This document shows, piece after piece, positions 56,186-58,717 of a stretch of DNA of 58,717 nucleotides (its first letter is position 1; every line of letters starts with the position of its first letter). Under the pieces are notes generated by a model. The model had not been told where the DNA came from. It did not search any database and worked only from the letters and a program-made list of their open reading frames with translations. A program made the position numbers and the translations under genes. This DNA is from a virus (lineage: Duplodnaviria; Caudoviricetes). The stretch spans positions 1-58,717 of the IMG/VR virus record IMGVR_UViG_3300048851_000095. The stretch is one strand, 5' to 3'.

Positions 56186-57639
56186 GCGCGTCCGACGCGA
56201 TCCTGGCCAGTGCGCTGGTCCGCAAGTTCGTCAAAGAATTCCGGCCACCGACCGCCACCCCGACGCTCGCGACCCCGGCGATCACCGAACCGTTCAAGAC
56301 AGTCTCCGGTTCGCCGGTGCCCATCAAGGTCATTGGCATCACCCGCGACCGCACACAGCTGATCGGCGCATCGACCGCGTCCCCGTTCCAGCTGTTCTAC
56401 TCACCTGACGACGGCGAAACCTGGTCAGCGCCGCTGCTGTCGACCGGCGACGTGAACCAGATCGCGGGCGCGGTGCAGCTGCCGTCCGAGGAGTTGCTCC
56501 TGGTCTACGAGGGCTCTCGATTCATGTCGAAGACGGGCAGTTTCAAGAACCGCACGATGGCTGGCGGAGGTGTGTCCTCGACCGGTGTCATCTCGCTGCG
56601 CGCCTCCGGCGTGTACGCCCGTCCACAATGGGGTCTGACCGTGCCCGGTGAGATCGCGCTGGCAGTCGAGTACGGCGCCAAGACCAACAGCCCACTCACC
56701 AACAACGCCCGCTACGGCTTCCTCTCGAAGGACGACGGCACCACCTGGGTGAAGATCTTCGACCTCCAGGCCAACACCGACGGCATCCCGGGTCTCTCGA
56801 TCAACCCCGTCTCCGGCGCCTATCACTGCCACGCCATCGAATACGACAAGTGGTCCAACCGCGTCTGGATCACCGGCGGCGACAACAACGACTGGATCGT
56901 CTACTCCGACGACGTGGCCGACATCAACGTGCTCTCCGACATCGCCACCACCAGCGGCCAAACCGGAATCACTTCGGCCTCGTCGGTTCGGACTGCATTC
57001 CTGCCGCAGCACCAGGGCATGCAGATCCGCGGCCCGGGTATCCCGGCCGGAGCAACCCTCGCCGCCATCGGTTCCGACGGCCGGTCGGCAACGCTGTCGA
57101 TCGCGGCCACAGCGACAGCCAGCGGCGTCACCGCCTACTGGGGCAACATCACCTGGAATGTCTTCCACTACGGCCAGTCCGGCCGATTCCAAGTCGTCAG
57201 CATCATCCCCGCACCCGAGGGCGTCTACTTCGGCGCCGATGGCTACCCGACCGGATTCCACTTCTCAGCCCGCGTCCCCGGCGGCAATCCCGGCAAGCTG
57301 GAGAACGTCATATCGACCGGCCCATACAAAACCGGCGTCGGGCAACACCTTGTCTACGGCAGCTTCCGCGCCGGCAACACACCCGATGCGCCCGTGCTGA
57401 TTTCGGCCTGCTCGAACGACACCGACATGGGCGGCTACCTCGCGCTTGTGCACCCATCCGGCCGCAAAGCTTGGAAGCTGTGGGACGACCCGCGCCTGGT
57501 CGCCTACGAATCGATCCAGCAGATCTATCACACGGCGCAGGGCAACATCATCGGCCAGATCAAGTCCGGCCGCACCGCATCGGGCTACCAGATGTTCAAG
57601 GTGCCCATGCCGGCGCTGCCGTCCGCGAGTGCGCTGTAG
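56182..57639 (+). CDS. Asp-box/BNR beta-propeller (sialidase-like) protein
   Basis: YSPDDGETW, SKDDGTTW, YSDD Asp-boxes; HCH motif. Confidence 0.7.
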   Translation: MSASDAILASALVRKFVKEFRPPTATPTLATPAITEPFKTVSGSPVPIKVIGITRDRTQLIGASTASPFQLFYSPDDGETWSAPLLSTGDVNQIAGAVQLPSEELLLVYEGSRFMSKTGSFKNRTMAGGGVSSTGVISLRASGVYARPQWGLTVPGEIALAVEYGAKTNSPLTNNARYGFLSKDDGTTWVKIFDLQANTDGIPGLSINPVSGAYHCHAIEYDKWSNRVWITGGDNNDWIVYSDDVADINVLSDIATTSGQTGITSASSVRTAFLPQHQGMQIRGPGIPAGATLAAIGSDGRSATLSIAATATASGVTAYWGNITWNVFHYGQSGRFQVVSIIPAPEGVYFGADGYPTGFHFSARVPGGNPGKLENVISTGPYKTGVGQHLVYGSFRAGNTPDAPVLISACSNDTDMGGYLALVHPSGRKAWKLWDDPRLVAYESIQQIYHTAQGNIIGQIKSGRTASGYQMFKVPMPALPSASAL

Positions 57640-57643
57640 TTGC

Positions 57644-58477
57644 TCAGCCGTTCCCTGGGGCAGTTAAGTTCCCGATCGCGTCCACGGCCGTATGAGCGAT
57701 CTGCAGAATGCTTTCAAACAGGGCAACTGGCACTGCACCCCGGGCGCCCGCGACGGCAAAGCCGATGGCAGGGAACTCGATCTCTTCGAGAATCATCCGG
57801 CCGGGATCATCTGCAGCAACGTATTCGGCGAACGTATCGTCGGTCCACGTGCCGATGCCGATCAGTTCGTTGTAGACGCCTTTTTCGAGCGGTGGCCACA
57901 CTGTCGGCCACCTCATCGCCCAGCAATACGGCGGCCGCGCATGTGAGATTGGCGTCACCTCGATCTGTTGAAGAGCCATCGCCGTCAATGGGAGCACTCG
58001 ATGCTTGTCGCCATTGCTCGCGTCGACCAACTGCCACAGCCACTGGCGTCTCGGGTCTTCGGTGGCGTAGGACAGAGGCTGAGTGGATCGCACCGCGGCG
58101 ACCGCCTGTTCCCAGGCCCACGGCATCGTTCGTGCGAGCTCGACGTCTAAATCCTTCCCGTCAGGAATTGCCGGGTAGTACCCTCCCTTTGCGGCCTTCC
58201 CGTCTGGGTCCCCACCGTTTGCCATGAACACGGCGAACGCAGCCACATCCAAGGCCGACCGCACATTGTGCATGAAATCCCCAGCGATCGTGCCCAGCAT
58301 CGCTGGCGGCTCCTTGTGACAAAAAACCCCAAACGACAGTCGGGCTTCATTCTCAAACTCAACACGCTGTCGCTCGATCGGGTCGGTATTCATCCACTCG
58401 ATCAGGAGGCCGAGCATCTCGTCGAGGTGCTTTTGCGCACGAGCCAACTTAAGTCGAGACCCACTGACATCCACCAC
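57644..58477 (-). CDS. Hypothetical protein, possibly HEPN-like
   Basis: KL.RA..HL, GD..HN.RSALD, SN.DKHR motifs. Confidence 0.65.
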   Translation of the reverse strand: MVDVSGSRLKLARAQKHLDEMLGLLIEWMNTDPIERQRVEFENEARLSFGVFCHKEPPAMLGTIAGDFMHNVRSALDVAAFAVFMANGGDPDGKAAKGGYYPAIPDGKDLDVELARTMPWAWEQAVAAVRSTQPLSYATEDPRRQWLWQLVDASNGDKHRVLPLTAMALQQIEVTPISHARPPYCWAMRWPTVWPPLEKGVYNELIGIGTWTDDTFAEYVAADDPGRMILEEIEFPAIGFAVAGARGAVPVALFESILQIAHTAVDAIGNLTAPGNG

Positions 58478-58569
58478 GGACCGATTGTCCTACCAACCCC
58501 GCCCACAACGTCCGGCGAACCGCCCATAACGCTGAGTCAATTCCCCCATTCCTCGGACAAAACCGGGCC

Positions 58570-58610
58570 AAAAAACAAGGAAGAGCCGCCCCCGCAATCG
58601 GGGGCGGCTC
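58570..58610 (-). terminator. Intrinsic terminator
   Basis: 12-bp stem GAGCCGCCCCCG/CGGGGGCGGCTC followed on the minus strand by TTCCTTGTTTTTT. Confidence 0.75.
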
Positions 58611-58623
58611 CTCGCTCTGCCGT

Positions 58624-58717
58624 CTAACTTTCCTTGCGGGTCGGAGTGAATCTCAGCCCGATGAGCATCCCCACGATCACGAGGAGCTCGGTCGCCGCCA
58701 TCCAGCAGTACGACGCA
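58624..58717 (-). CDS. 3' end of a membrane protein (partial)
   Basis: ...ASYCWMAATELLVIVGMLIGLRFTPTRKES* directly upstream of terminator. Confidence 0.45.
   Translation of the reverse strand, partial: ASYCWMAATELLVIVGMLIGLRFTPTRKES

Larger units (their letters stand above)
1..58717. mobile_element. Temperate actinobacteriophage genome, near-complete and circularly permuted
   Basis: Tail, lysis, serine integrase, repressor/cro, RecET, terminase, portal, protease and capsid modules all present; no host housekeeping genes seen. Confidence 0.95.

Noticed and set aside
1-58717. tRNA, rRNA, reverse transcriptase/DGR or IS elements
   Set aside because: None recognisable by eye; tRNAscan and HMM searches not run

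Overview
High-GC temperate actinobacteriophage (siphovirus-type; LysB and an LGFP-repeat endolysin suggest a mycolic-acid host such as Gordonia/Rhodococcus). It appears nearly complete but circularly permuted: tail (1.1-15.2 kb), lysis (15.3-18.8), integration (18.9-22.2), leftward immunity operon (22.2-24.9), cro/early recombination, replication and methylases (25.1-37), terminase (38.0-40.1), cargo (40.2-45.0), portal/MuF/protease/capsid (45.1-55.6), accessory genes (55.6-58.7). Product calls are from motifs read by eye; no searches were run. Most notable: (1) a four-copy 5' leader with invariant GCTGGCCTTGGGCCG before the major tail, tape measure, endolysin and major capsid genes, folding into a covarying hairpin that sequesters the Shine-Dalgarno site (candidate late translational switch); (2) a large serine recombinase paralog lacking the catalytic domain next to the full integrase, plus dispersed GTTAC..GTAAC operator-like sites; (3) a HigB-HigA-SecB-like toxin-antitoxin-chaperone triad inside the repressor-ImmA operon; (4) head proteins with effector domains (MuF-papain-fold toxin with a putative immunity gene; prohead protease with an inserted 2H phosphoesterase).
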